Source of the DNA: an uncultured Gammaproteobacteria bacterium
GTDB lineage: Bacteria; Pseudomonadota; Gammaproteobacteria; SZUA-229
Direction of reading: 5' to 3'
Length of the DNA: 64,000 nucleotides
Assembly (NCBI GenBank): GCA_963924875.1
Contig: CAWUSX010000022.1
Span: 36,808-100,807 of the forward strand
The translations under genes and the position numbers were made by a program. The notes beneath the pieces were generated by a model. The model had not been told where the DNA came from, searched no databases, and saw only the letters and a list, made by a program, of their open reading frames with translations. Below, one piece after another: positions 30,174 to 40,780 of this stretch. Positions within the stretch are counted from its first letter, which is position 1. Each line of letters starts with the position of its first letter.

Positions 30174-30346
30174 TTTGTGGTTTAAATCGTGTTAAAGCTG
30201 TAAATAAAGCCCTTTGGGCGCTTTGATACTTATAGATACTTGTATATAGTACGGGCTTATTAAGCGCTTGGTATGAATAACCGGCGTATTTTGAATATGT
30301 AAGGAAGAACATTATTTCAACTGATAGATCAGATATTCTAGTTCAG

Positions 30347-31144
30347 GTGCGTGGCCTTAGCTTTTCTCGTGGCAATCGGGTGATCTTCGACAATATCGAT
30401 ATGGATATTAGGCAGGGTCAGGTGACGGCCATTATGGGCCCCAGTGGCACAGGGAAAACCACGCTGCTGAAACTGATTGGTGGTCAGCTAAAGCCGTATG
30501 CAGGAACGGTGCATGTGGCCGGTGAAAACGTTCATCAGTTATCTCCAACGGCATTATATGATTTGCGCCGACGTACCATGGGTATGCTGTTTCAAAGCGG
30601 CGCTTTGCTGACTGACTTGAGTGTTTTCGACAATGTGGCCTTTCCTCTGCGCGAGCATACTCGCCTGCCCGAATCTGCCATTCGGCATCTTGTGCTATTA
30701 AAACTTGAGGTGGTTGGGCTGCGCGGTGCACGTGATTTAATGCCCGCCGAGTTATCCGGTGGTATGTCACGGCGGGTTGCCCTGGCGCGTGCCATTGCCC
30801 TGGATCCAGAGATGATTTTGTATGATGAGCCTTTCACCGGGCAGGATCCAATCTCTAAAGGTGTGTTGGTCAAGTTGATACATGATATGAACCATGCCTT
30901 GGGTATGACCTCGGTGGTGGTGTCCCATGATGTGGATGAAGCCGCAAGTATTTCTGATTATATTTACGTAATTTCTGGTGGAAAAGTGGTTGAACACGGC
31001 ACACCAATGAATATTAAACACTCTGGTTCTGACTGGGTGAAGCAATTTATGGGTGGTTTGGCGGATGGTCCAGTGCCATTTCACTATAGTAGCCAGCCGA
31101 TGATAGACGATTTGATGGCCTCCTCAAATGAGGGAAGAAAATAA
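30347..31144 (+). CDS. mlaF: Phospholipid ABC transporter ATPase MlaF
   Basis: GPSGTGKTT, LSGGMSRRVALARAI, ILYDEPFTGQDP and C-terminal DGPVPFHY. The listed GTG start has no SD; the true start may be upstream (see finding). Confidence 0.92.
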   Translation: MRGLSFSRGNRVIFDNIDMDIRQGQVTAIMGPSGTGKTTLLKLIGGQLKPYAGTVHVAGENVHQLSPTALYDLRRRTMGMLFQSGALLTDLSVFDNVAFPLREHTRLPESAIRHLVLLKLEVVGLRGARDLMPAELSGGMSRRVALARAIALDPEMILYDEPFTGQDPISKGVLVKLIHDMNHALGMTSVVVSHDVDEAASISDYIYVISGGKVVEHGTPMNIKHSGSDWVKQFMGGLADGPVPFHYSSQPMIDDLMASSNEGRK

Positions 31145-31923
31145 TGTTCAACTGGTTACAAAGTATCGGCCACAGCACATTTGATCGCTTCTCTCGAGTG
31201 GGTCGTGGCAGTTTGTTTTTATGGCAGTGCCTGCTAAGTCTGACTTATGTATTCACTAAGCCTATATTGTTAATTCGTCAGCTGTATTCTGTCGGTGTGC
31301 AAACCCTGCTGATTATTTTAGTCGCCGGTTTGTTTGTGGGAATGGTGTTGGCATTGCAGGCCTATATTGTGCTGGTGGATTTCGGTGCAGAAGAATCTAT
31401 TAGCCTGATGGTGTCCTTAAGTATTTTGCGCGAATTAGGCCCGGTGTTTACGGGGCTATTATTTGCGGGGCGTGCGGGTTCTGCACTCACCGCCGAAATT
31501 GGTTTAATGAAAAGCACAGAGCAATTATCCGGCATGGAAATGATGGCGGTAAATCCGATGAAATACATTATTGCGCCACGCTTTCTGGCGGGTGTGATTT
31601 CAGTGCCACTGCTAACCGCTATATTTATGGCCGTTGCTGTATTGGGTGGTTATTTTGTGGCGATTGAAATGTTGGGCCAATATGAAGGCGTGTTCTGGTC
31701 TCAATTGCAGATCAAGGTCGATTTTTATGAAGACCTGATGAACGGCATGATTAAAAGCCTGGTGTTTGGCTTTGTGGTGGTGTGGATAGCGGTGTTTGAA
31801 GGCTATGACTGTGTGCCAACCTCAGAAGGCCTGGGGCAGGCCACCACACGCACGGTTGTGCATGGCTCATTAGCGGTACTGGGGCTGGACTTTTTACTGA
31901 CGGCATTGATGTTCAATGTTTAG
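31144..31923 (+). CDS. mlaE: Phospholipid ABC transporter permease MlaE
   Basis: 259 aa polytopic protein with RELGPVFTGLLFAGRAGSALTAEIG. Its ATG overlaps the mlaF stop. Confidence 0.92.
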   Translation: MFNWLQSIGHSTFDRFSRVGRGSLFLWQCLLSLTYVFTKPILLIRQLYSVGVQTLLIILVAGLFVGMVLALQAYIVLVDFGAEESISLMVSLSILRELGPVFTGLLFAGRAGSALTAEIGLMKSTEQLSGMEMMAVNPMKYIIAPRFLAGVISVPLLTAIFMAVAVLGGYFVAIEMLGQYEGVFWSQLQIKVDFYEDLMNGMIKSLVFGFVVVWIAVFEGYDCVPTSEGLGQATTRTVVHGSLAVLGLDFLLTALMFNV

Positions 31924-31951
31924 ATCGAAGAATGTGTAAGGCAATAAACGA

Positions 31952-32422
31952 ATGAATACTCGAAATTTAGAAATCACAGTTGGCGCTTTTGTTGTGTTGG
32001 CAATATTGGCGATGATTATGCTCTCTTTAAAGGTGAGCAATTTGGCCAGTTATGGCGCTGAAAACAATGTGTATGAAATACAGGCCCAGTTTGAAAATAT
32101 TGGTGGTTTGAAGGTACGTTCACCGGTGAGTGCAGGGGGTGTTAGAGTAGGTAAAGTCGCTGATATTAGTTATAACAATGAGCAGTTCACCGCAGTAGTG
32201 ACCATGCAGCTTGAAGGCGCGTATAAGTTTCCTCTGGATACATCGGCGAGCATATTAACAGCAGGCCTGTTAGGTGAACAATATGTTGGTTTGGAGCCAG
32301 GTGGTGATGAAGAATATTTAGTGCAGGGCGGTGAAATTGAATTGACCCAATCGGCATTGGTGTTAGAGCGAGTAATAGGCCAGTTCCTGTTTTCTAAAGC
32401 ACAAGAAAAACAAGGTGAGTGA
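31952..32422 (+). CDS. mlaD: Phospholipid transport MCE-domain protein MlaD
   Basis: 156 aa with an N-terminal TM helix and an MCE domain (GGLKVRSPVSAGGVRVGKV). Confidence 0.88.
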   Translation: MNTRNLEITVGAFVVLAILAMIMLSLKVSNLASYGAENNVYEIQAQFENIGGLKVRSPVSAGGVRVGKVADISYNNEQFTAVVTMQLEGAYKFPLDTSASILTAGLLGEQYVGLEPGGDEEYLVQGGEIELTQSALVLERVIGQFLFSKAQEKQGE

Positions 32423-32427
32423 ATAAT

Positions 32428-33060
32428 ATGAATATATTAAAAAAATCTCTGATCATACTTTTATCCATCGTATCTCTAAGCTCATATGTCGCAACAGCTT
32501 ATGCGTCCAGCACGCAACCGGATGAATTGATTAAGACAACCTCAGAAAAGGTATTGAGCGCGCTCGAACAAAATAAAGAAAAGTATGGCCAGCAACCTGA
32601 AGAGCTGCAGGCCCTGGTGAGAGATATTATTCTACCGCATCTGGATTTTCGTGCGATGAGTAAGTTGGCACTGGGTAAAAATTGGCGCAGGGCAAATGAT
32701 TCTCAGCAGGAGCGTTTTGTTGAAGCGTTTAAAACCATGCTGATTAGAACATATAGTAAATCGCTAACCGAATACGCCGGGCAGGAAATTAAATTCTTAC
32801 CTTACAGACCGCCTGAAGAAGGTAAGCATACGGTAAAAGTGAAAACGGTAATCAATCAAACTAACGGGCCGGAAATTCCCATCGATTACAGCTTGCGCAT
32901 CAAGGACGATATCTGGAAGGTCTACGATATTAAAATTGATGGTATTAGTCTGGTGACCAATTATCGCAATAGTTTCGCAGCGGATATTAATCGCGTGGGT
33001 ATCGATGGTTTAATTGATAAATTGCTGGCCAAGTCATCTGACCAAACCGAAAAGGCATAG
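32428..33060 (+). CDS. mlaC: Periplasmic phospholipid-binding protein MlaC
   Basis: Signal peptide, and a Tgt2/MlaC pattern (LDFRAMSKLALGKNWR, FKTMLIRTYS). Confidence 0.85.
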   Translation: MNILKKSLIILLSIVSLSSYVATAYASSTQPDELIKTTSEKVLSALEQNKEKYGQQPEELQALVRDIILPHLDFRAMSKLALGKNWRRANDSQQERFVEAFKTMLIRTYSKSLTEYAGQEIKFLPYRPPEEGKHTVKVKTVINQTNGPEIPIDYSLRIKDDIWKVYDIKIDGISLVTNYRNSFAADINRVGIDGLIDKLLAKSSDQTEKA

Positions 33061-33064
33061 TCGC

Positions 33065-33376
33065 ATGTTGTTTAAATGTGAGCAGAGCAAGGGTCTCATT
33101 AAACTTGCTGGCCAGTTGGATTTTGAGTCTGTTGCTCAATTACTCAATAAAGAAAGTGTGAGTTTTGATGCAGAACAGGCCGAAAACGGTGAAATTGCGG
33201 TCGATTTGTCGGAAATTAGTCGATGTAACAGTGCCTCTCTTACGCTTTTGCTGGATTGGATGAAAAAGGCGCAGCAAAAGAGCGTGCAAATCAAGTATCA
33301 TAGCGCCCCTAAGCAACTTATGGTCATTGCGCAAGCATATGGCATAGATCACGAGCTCCCCTTAACGACGGCATAG
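33065..33376 (+). CDS. mlaB: STAS-domain protein MlaB
   Basis: From the ATG at 33065, 103 aa. DLSEISRCNSASLTLLLDW and LMVIAQAYGIDHELP parallel E. coli MlaB. Confidence 0.7.
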   Translation: MLFKCEQSKGLIKLAGQLDFESVAQLLNKESVSFDAEQAENGEIAVDLSEISRCNSASLTLLLDWMKKAQQKSVQIKYHSAPKQLMVIAQAYGIDHELPLTTA

Positions 33377-33393
33377 GCTGTAAAGACTGTTGA

Positions 33394-34653
<1,260 letters not shown>

Positions 34654-34687
34654 ATCCAATAGAATAAACCAATATAGTTAAGCCATT

Positions 34688-35323
34688 ATGAGTAACACAA
34701 TTACGATAGCGCTATCAAAAGGGCGCATATTTAAAGAAACGCTTCCATTGCTGGAAGCGGCGGGTATTACACCAAAAGATGATCCAGAGAAAAGTCGTAA
34801 GCTAATTCTGGATACCAATCAGGATGATGTGAAACTGGTGATTATTCGTGCCACCGATGTACCTACCTATGTGCAATATGGCGCCGCAGATTTGGGTGTG
34901 GCCGGTAAAGATGTATTGATGGAACACGGTGGCGAGGGCCTATATGAGTTGGTCGATCTACACATTGCTAAATGCCGACTAATGACCGCCGGTATGGTGG
35001 ATTACGTGCCACACGGAGGTCGTTTAAGAGTGGCGACTAAATTTGTAAATGTAGCGCGACAGTTTTTTGCGGAGCAGGGCAAACAGGTCGAAGTCATTAA
35101 ACTTTACGGCTCCATGGAGCTGGGGCCGATTGTTGGTCTGTCGGATTTAATTGTGGATGTTGTTGATACAGGCAATACATTGAAGGCCAATGGTCTTAAG
35201 CCTATGGATCACATTGCGGATATTAGTTCGCGCCTGGTGGTGAATAAGGCGTCGTTAAAAATGAAGCATGATCGTTTGCAGCAAATTGTAGATCAAATGC
35301 GTCAAGCGGTTAAGGCTAAGTAG
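34688..35323 (+). CDS. hisG: ATP phosphoribosyltransferase (short HisG form)
   Basis: 211 aa with [24 protein letters not shown] and [14 protein letters not shown]. Confidence 0.93.
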   Translation: MSNTITIALSKGRIFKETLPLLEAAGITPKDDPEKSRKLILDTNQDDVKLVIIRATDVPTYVQYGAADLGVAGKDVLMEHGGEGLYELVDLHIAKCRLMTAGMVDYVPHGGRLRVATKFVNVARQFFAEQGKQVEVIKLYGSMELGPIVGLSDLIVDVVDTGNTLKANGLKPMDHIADISSRLVVNKASLKMKHDRLQQIVDQMRQAVKAK

Positions 35324-35333
35324 GCAGCAAGTG

Positions 35334-36635
35334 ATGATTGAAATTTCTCAACTCAATAGTAAACAAAATGATTTCTGGCAGCAGCTAGATCAGGCCCTGG
35401 CCTGGGATTCGGCATCAGACGAGCAGGTATTTAATACCGTAAAAGATATTATTGCTGATGTTAGAAAACGTGGTGATGCTGCAGTCATTGATTACACCAA
35501 TAAGTTTGATCGCCTAAATGTAGAAAGCATGTCTGATCTGGAAATTGCGCCTGCGCGACTGCAGGAGTCATTAAGCAGAATATCAGCCGAACAACGTGAA
35601 GCTTTAGAAAAAGCAGCTGAACGTGTACGCGCCTATGCAGAACATCAGAAATTAGAGTCATGGTCATACACAGAAGCTGATGGCACCTTGTTGGGGCAGC
35701 AGGTAACCCCAATGGATAGAGCGGGACTATATGTGCCCGGCGGTAAAGCGGCTTACCCATCATCGGTAATTATGAATGCAATTCCGGCTAAAGTGGCGGG
35801 TGTGCCAGAATTAATTATGGTTGTGCCAACACCGGATGGTGAGGTGAATGATCTGGTGTTTGCGGCGGCGGCTATTGTGGGTGTCGATCGCGTGTTTGCA
35901 ATTGGCGGTGCACAAGCCGTTGCGGCACTTGCATATGGTACAGCGACCATTCCACAGGTAGATAAAATTGTTGGCCCGGGAAATATTTATGTAGCCACCG
36001 CTAAGCGCATGGTGTTTGGTGCGGCAGGCATTGATATGATTGCCGGACCTTCAGAAATTTGTGTGGTGTGTGACGGCAAAACGGATGCGGACTGGATTGC
36101 CATGGATTTGTTTTCACAGGCCGAACATGATGAAGATGCACAGTCGATTTTGGTTTGCCCTGACGCCGCGTATATTGAGCAAGTTAAAGTGAGCATTAAT
36201 AAACTCATTAAAGATATGCCGCGTGCTGAAATTATTAAAAAATCCCTGAGTGAGCGTGCCGTACTAATTGAAACGGTTGATATGCAGGAGGCTATTGATG
36301 TCGCAAACTATATTGCGCCAGAACATCTTGAATTATCCATTGATGATGCACGGGAATGGGCGAAAAAAATTCGTCATGCAGGTGCTATTTTTATGGGCCG
36401 TTATACAGCTGAAGCATTAGGCGATTATTGTGCGGGCCCAAATCATGTACTGCCGACTTCACGGACTGCGCGATTCTCATCACCATTAGGTGTGTACGAC
36501 TTTCAGAAACGTTCAAGCCTGATCGATTGCTCTGCAGCTGGAGCATCAACTCTGGGTAAGACAGCCTCAATACTGGCTCATGGTGAAGGCTTAACGGCAC
36601 ATGCGCGCTCTGCGGAATATCGAATAAAAGATTAA
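35334..36635 (+). CDS. hisD: Histidinol dehydrogenase
   Basis: About 433 aa with [27 protein letters not shown] and [13 protein letters not shown]. Confidence 0.95.
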   Translation: MIEISQLNSKQNDFWQQLDQALAWDSASDEQVFNTVKDIIADVRKRGDAAVIDYTNKFDRLNVESMSDLEIAPARLQESLSRISAEQREALEKAAERVRAYAEHQKLESWSYTEADGTLLGQQVTPMDRAGLYVPGGKAAYPSSVIMNAIPAKVAGVPELIMVVPTPDGEVNDLVFAAAAIVGVDRVFAIGGAQAVAALAYGTATIPQVDKIVGPGNIYVATAKRMVFGAAGIDMIAGPSEICVVCDGKTDADWIAMDLFSQAEHDEDAQSILVCPDAAYIEQVKVSINKLIKDMPRAEIIKKSLSERAVLIETVDMQEAIDVANYIAPEHLELSIDDAREWAKKIRHAGAIFMGRYTAEALGDYCAGPNHVLPTSRTARFSSPLGVYDFQKRSSLIDCSAAGASTLGKTASILAHGEGLTAHARSAEYRIKD

Positions 36636-36651
36636 GTTCAGGTTTTAGAAT

Positions 36652-36837
36652 ATGGGCGACGTTGTTCCGTTCAAAAAAAAGAATCCATTCGAAAAGCACA
36701 AAGGAAAAACCTTGTGCAAACGTGGCTTTCATAAGTGGGAAATAAATCAGCAGCAACAGTTCGATACGAAACAGGGAAAGCTGGTGACGGTGTATAAGTG
36801 CAAGCGTTGCGGCGTCATTAAAAGCCAGGCGACTTAG
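36652..36837 (+). CDS. Small basic protein, 61 aa, with two Cys pairs/half-sites (C-x4-H-x-W ... C-x2-C), possibly zinc-ribbon-like
   Basis: ORF 16 nt after hisD: MGDVVPFKKKNPFEKHKGKTLCKRGFHKWE...VYKCKRCGVIKSQAT. Followed by a strong terminator. No family recognised. Confidence 0.5.
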   Translation: MGDVVPFKKKNPFEKHKGKTLCKRGFHKWEINQQQQFDTKQGKLVTVYKCKRCGVIKSQAT

Positions 36838-36854
36838 TCTGTGTTATTTGAAAC

Positions 36855-36882
36855 AAAAAGGCCTGAATTATCAGGCCTTTTT
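36855..36882. terminator. Bidirectional rho-independent terminator (perfect 12-bp palindrome)
   Basis: AAAAAGGCCTGA-atta-TCAGGCCTTTTT lies between the convergent 61-aa ORF (+) and hsp20 (-). It gives a U-tract on either strand. Confidence 0.8.
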
Positions 36883-36894
36883 GTGGTTGAGGGT

Positions 36895-37344
36895 TTAATT
36901 TACAGATATTTTTCGCGGCTTGGTTGCTTCCTGTTTAGGGATTTGCAATGTTAATACACCGTGATCACTGCTCGCCTGAATACCTTCCGCATTCACATCT
37001 TCTGGCAATGTGAAGCGACGATAAAAAGCGCCGTGATGTCTTTCAATGCGTTTAAAGCCTTCATTTTCGGTCTTTAATTCAGAATTCCTTTCGCCTTTTA
37101 TGGTGAGGACATTATTTTCCATATAAATGTCTATGTCTTTAGGGTCAACGCCGGGTATGTCGGCTATTAAAAGATATTGATTATCTTCTTCTTTTATATC
37201 GACTGCGGGCACCCACTCGCTAGTTGCCACATTGCTGTTGTCATTTTCTGCGTTTTTATGCACGGGCATACGGTGCATTTCATGCTGCAGTTGGTCAAAT
37301 AAACTCCAGGGGTTGTAATGTGTCAGGCTCATATCGGTCTCCAA
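36895..37344 (-). CDS. Small heat-shock protein, Hsp20/alpha-crystallin family (IbpA-like)
   Basis: 149 aa with WVPAVDIKEEDNQYLLIADIPGV, ERHHGAFYRRFTLP and GVLTLQIPK. Confidence 0.9.
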   Translation of the reverse strand: METDMSLTHYNPWSLFDQLQHEMHRMPVHKNAENDNSNVATSEWVPAVDIKEEDNQYLLIADIPGVDPKDIDIYMENNVLTIKGERNSELKTENEGFKRIERHHGAFYRRFTLPEDVNAEGIQASSDHGVLTLQIPKQEATKPRKISVN

Positions 37345-37389
37345 AATAAAGTATAAAAAGAGTTGCCTGTCGACGGGCTTAACTACTAA

Positions 37390-37417
37390 ATATGGATGGA
37401 AAAAATAAATTCAAGAC
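37390..37417 (-). promoter_or_regulatory. Candidate sigma-32-type promoter for hsp20
   Basis: The minus strand reads gtCTTGAAtttattttttccaTCCATATtt, compared with the consensus CTTGAA-N13/14-CCCCATnT. It ends about 45 nt upstream of the hsp20 ATG. The -10 match is imperfect. Confidence 0.3.
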
Positions 37418-37604
37418 AAAAAATAAATATTTTTTTCACCTTTGTTGGCGTGAAATTTAGTGTGTGAGGACAAATTCCTATATTAAAAATGTGTGATAAG
37501 AATGGCTCCATATAACAGGTTATGTCGCGGCTATTTGCAATAGGTCTTATTTTCGGATTTCTGCTATTATGCATTTTTAAATTTAAAGCAGAGAACGATT
37601 TCCG

Positions 37605-38669
37605 ATGTCAGACATTATTCGTGCAGAAATACGTGCCTTAAATGCATACCATGTGGCAGATCCCGGCGAGATGATAAAGCTGGACGCAATGGAAAATCCG
37701 TATCATATGCCGGAGGCCTTAAAGCCTGAGTGGCTTTCGTTAATTGCGCAGGCGGAAATCAATCGTTACCCCGATCCATCAGCACAGGCCTTGTCCAAAG
37801 CGCTTGTGGAATATATGGAGGTGCCTGAAGGTAATTCAATCGTGCTGGGGAATGGTTCTGACGAACTGATTCAAATAATGGCGCTGGCGGTGTCTCAACC
37901 CGGCAGGAAAATCATGGCACCTGAACCGGGCTTTGTGATGTATCGCATGATTGCAAAGTTTGCAGGTATGGAATATTTGGGTGTGCCATTAAAGGAAGAT
38001 TTTTCACTGGATATGCCAGCGATGCTTAAGGCAATCAAAGAACATCAGCCGACGCTTATTTTTTTAGCCTATCCAAATAACCCCACTGGAAATTTATTTG
38101 TAGAAGACGATATCGTGGAAATCATTCAAGCAGCGGATGGTTTAGTTGTTGTGGATGAGGCGTATCACCCGTTTGCGTGTACGAGTTTTATGTCGAGATT
38201 AGGTGAGTTTGAAAACTTGCTGGTGATGCGTACGGTTTCTAAAATGGGTTTAGCGGGTTTGCGTTTAGGCTTGTTGGCGGGCCCGACAAAATGGATCAGT
38301 GAATTTGATAAAGTGCGTTTGCCTTACAATATCAATATCTTAACTCAGGTAACCGCGAAGTTTGCCTTAAAACATAATAATATCTTTGAGGAACAGGCAG
38401 CTTCTATTCGTCAACAACGTGACTGGTTGTTTGATGAATTGCAAAGTTTTACTCAGTTTCAGGTATTTCCAAGTCGCGCAAATTTTATTTTGCTGAGAGT
38501 GCTTGAAGGCGATGCGACATTGATTTTTGAATGTTTAAAAAAGCAGGGCGTACTGATTAAAAATATGCACCCAGCGGGTGGAGTATTAAGTCAGTGCCTG
38601 CGGGTGACGGTGAGTACAGAAGAAGAAAATCAGGCGCTAATTTCTGCGCTGGATGAGTGCGTAAAATAA
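37605..38669 (+). CDS. hisC: Histidinol-phosphate aminotransferase
   Basis: 354 aa with LDAMENPY, NGSDELI, YPNNPTGN and the PLP lysine context RTVSKMGLAGLRLG. Confidence 0.92.
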   Translation: MSDIIRAEIRALNAYHVADPGEMIKLDAMENPYHMPEALKPEWLSLIAQAEINRYPDPSAQALSKALVEYMEVPEGNSIVLGNGSDELIQIMALAVSQPGRKIMAPEPGFVMYRMIAKFAGMEYLGVPLKEDFSLDMPAMLKAIKEHQPTLIFLAYPNNPTGNLFVEDDIVEIIQAADGLVVVDEAYHPFACTSFMSRLGEFENLLVMRTVSKMGLAGLRLGLLAGPTKWISEFDKVRLPYNINILTQVTAKFALKHNNIFEEQAASIRQQRDWLFDELQSFTQFQVFPSRANFILLRVLEGDATLIFECLKKQGVLIKNMHPAGGVLSQCLRVTVSTEEENQALISALDECVK

Positions 38670-38675
38670 ATTCAG

Positions 38676-39749
38676 TTAAGCCTTAGGTCGTTGCCCTAGA
38701 ATTGCCTGGCTTATAAAACTTTGCCGTTCACGAATGCCATTTATTTTTATTTTGTCACCCGGGCGGCCATGTGCAATTACATCGAGTACATCGCGGGTGT
38801 CGCGAATAATATTTTTATCAATACGGGTTAATATATCACCCACTTTTATACCGGCTATATCGGCTGGGCCCTGATCGAATACATCGGTTATTAATACACC
38901 CTGAATATTATTTAAACCAATGTGCTCGAGCATTTGTTCGTTCAGGTCTACGCCTTCAACACCCAGCCATCCGCGGACAACTTCACCGTTGGCTATGATT
39001 TGTTGTACGACATCAAGCACCAAATTAATCGGGATGGCAAAACTAATACCCAGGTAGTTCCCTGTTTGGCTGTAAATAGCAGAGTTAATACCCAGTATTT
39101 CGCCTTTAGGATTAATTAAGGCGCCGCCTGAGTTGCCGGGATTAATTGCGGCATCCGTTTGAATGAAGTTTTCATAGGTATTGAGTCCAACTCTATCTCG
39201 GCCTGTTGCGCTAATAATTCCTTGCGTAACCGTTTGCCCAATACCAAATGGATTTCCAATAGCTAGCACAATATCACCAACGCGTATCTTGTTACTGTTG
39301 GCGATTGGCAATGGAGGAAGTTTGCTTAAGCTAGTTGTTATAACTGCGATGTCTGTGTCTGGATCCAGGCCAAGTATTTTGGCTTCTAATGTTTGTCCGT
39401 TACTAAAGGTGACTTCAATTTTTTTCGCGTTGGCAACGACATGATGATTGGTGACGATGTAGCCCGCTGAACTTATAATGACGCCAGAGCCCTTGTTCGG
39501 ACGAATTTTGAATTCAGGCTGGGATTTTTTTTGAGTCTGTAATGGAAAAGAAGAGTTATTTTGCGGGCTTAAAAAATAAGATTTAATACTCACGACAGAG
39601 GCGGATGCTTTGCTAACGGCGTTTGCATAACTATCAACAGAGGGTTGTTGAGTGTTTGTGCGATCACTTATGAGAATAAGTATTATGCCAAATAATAGGC
39701 CAATGAAAATCCAGTTAATCAGAAATTGTGTAGAATGTGATGATTTCAT
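38676..39749 (-). CDS. DegS/AlgW-type periplasmic serine endoprotease (S1C, single PDZ)
   Basis: 357 aa with an N-terminal anchor, catalytic residues in IVTNHHVV, DIAVI and GNSGGALIN, and one C-terminal PDZ. Confidence 0.85.
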   Translation of the reverse strand: MKSSHSTQFLINWIFIGLLFGIILILISDRTNTQQPSVDSYANAVSKASASVVSIKSYFLSPQNNSSFPLQTQKKSQPEFKIRPNKGSGVIISSAGYIVTNHHVVANAKKIEVTFSNGQTLEAKILGLDPDTDIAVITTSLSKLPPLPIANSNKIRVGDIVLAIGNPFGIGQTVTQGIISATGRDRVGLNTYENFIQTDAAINPGNSGGALINPKGEILGINSAIYSQTGNYLGISFAIPINLVLDVVQQIIANGEVVRGWLGVEGVDLNEQMLEHIGLNNIQGVLITDVFDQGPADIAGIKVGDILTRIDKNIIRDTRDVLDVIAHGRPGDKIKINGIRERQSFISQAILGQRPKA

Positions 39750-39776
39750 GTTTCTTATTATATATGTGGGGCGTCA

Positions 39777-40538
39777 ATGCAACAGCTTAAAGTAATTGTA
39801 GATTACTGTAATGATCTATTGCGAATAAATGATTTTAAAGATTACTGCCCTAATGGTTTACAAATTGAGGGCGGCAGTCAAATAAACAAACTCATATGTG
39901 GTGTGACAGCTTGTCAGGCATTGATAGATTCTGCAATTAAAAAGCAGGCCGACGCAATTTTAGTACATCATGGCTATTTTTGGAAAAATGAAGATCCTGT
40001 TATTAGCGGTATTAAGCGTAAGCGCATCCAGAGTTTATTAGAGAATGGTATTAGTTTGCTGGCATATCATTTGCCCTTAGATGCGCATGAGCAGTTTGGT
40101 AATAATGTCACCCTGGCACAGAAGCTGAATTTGCAAATTGATGGCAATGCGCAACAGGGCCGTGCGAAAGGCCTGTTATGGAATGGTCGGCTTGCCCAGC
40201 AGATGAGCGCCAGCGATTTTGCAAGGCATATTGAGCTCCACCTGGGGCGCGTGCCATTGCACCTTCCCGATGCGGTGAATAAACCCATACAGAAGATTGC
40301 GTGGTGTACAGGGGGCGCTCAGCACTATATTGAAGAGGCGGCAGCAATGGGCATGGATGCGTATATTAGTGGTGAGGTGTCTGAGCAAACGTTTCATTTG
40401 GCACAAGAACTAGATATTCATTATTTTGCCGCAGGTCATCATGCAACAGAGTCTTATGGTGTGCAGGCGTTGGCGTCCCATTTGGGAGACAGGTTTGGTA
40501 TAAATACGGAATTTGTAGATATTGCCAATCCAGTGTGA
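39777..40538 (+). CDS. Nif3 family dinuclear metal centre protein (YbgI-like)
   Basis: 253 aa with NGLQIEG, ILVHHGYFW, LLAYHLPLDAH and AAGHHATE. Confidence 0.85.
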   Translation: MQQLKVIVDYCNDLLRINDFKDYCPNGLQIEGGSQINKLICGVTACQALIDSAIKKQADAILVHHGYFWKNEDPVISGIKRKRIQSLLENGISLLAYHLPLDAHEQFGNNVTLAQKLNLQIDGNAQQGRAKGLLWNGRLAQQMSASDFARHIELHLGRVPLHLPDAVNKPIQKIAWCTGGAQHYIEEAAAMGMDAYISGEVSEQTFHLAQELDIHYFAAGHHATESYGVQALASHLGDRFGINTEFVDIANPV

Positions 40539-40700
40539 TTAATTGACAATATCTAAAATTTTAAGATGTTGATAAGTAACGTAAAACTTAATTAGTCCTT
40601 GGATAAATTGTTGAAATCGCTTAAGATACCGCGTCGTTTTTTCACGTTTGTTACACGGAAAATTCAACACAAAATACCGTTTTCTGGATGAAATTTGCGG

Positions 40701-40721
40701 GTTGATGTGATTAACATCAAA
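40701..40721. repeat. Perfect 8-bp inverted repeat (GTTGATGT-gatta-ACATCAAC) about 60 bp upstream of petA
   Basis: Read directly. The flanks extend the symmetry imperfectly (TTGCGGG / CCTGCAA, 40695-40728). Confidence 0.8.
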
Positions 40722-40780
40722 CCTGCAAATGGATGAGTCAGGCAACATGATTTTAATTTAATAGTTAAAGAGAGGTACGC

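Noticed and set aside
33377-33393. Absence of the BolA-family ibaG/yrbA gene usually found between mlaB and murA
   Set aside because: Only 17 nt separate mlaB and murA, so the gene is truly absent here. Absence at one locus says nothing without the rest of the genome.
40702-40720. TTGAT...ATCAA read as an FNR/ANR box upstream of petA
   Set aside because: The spacer between half-sites is 9 nt rather than the 4 nt of the FNR consensus. It is kept only as a generic palindrome finding.
40539-40748. 69-aa minus-strand ORF upstream of petA, and the 62-aa ORF at 37386-37574
   Set aside because: Both fill promoter spacers, have no SD or recognisable motifs, and overlap the candidate regulatory elements described above.
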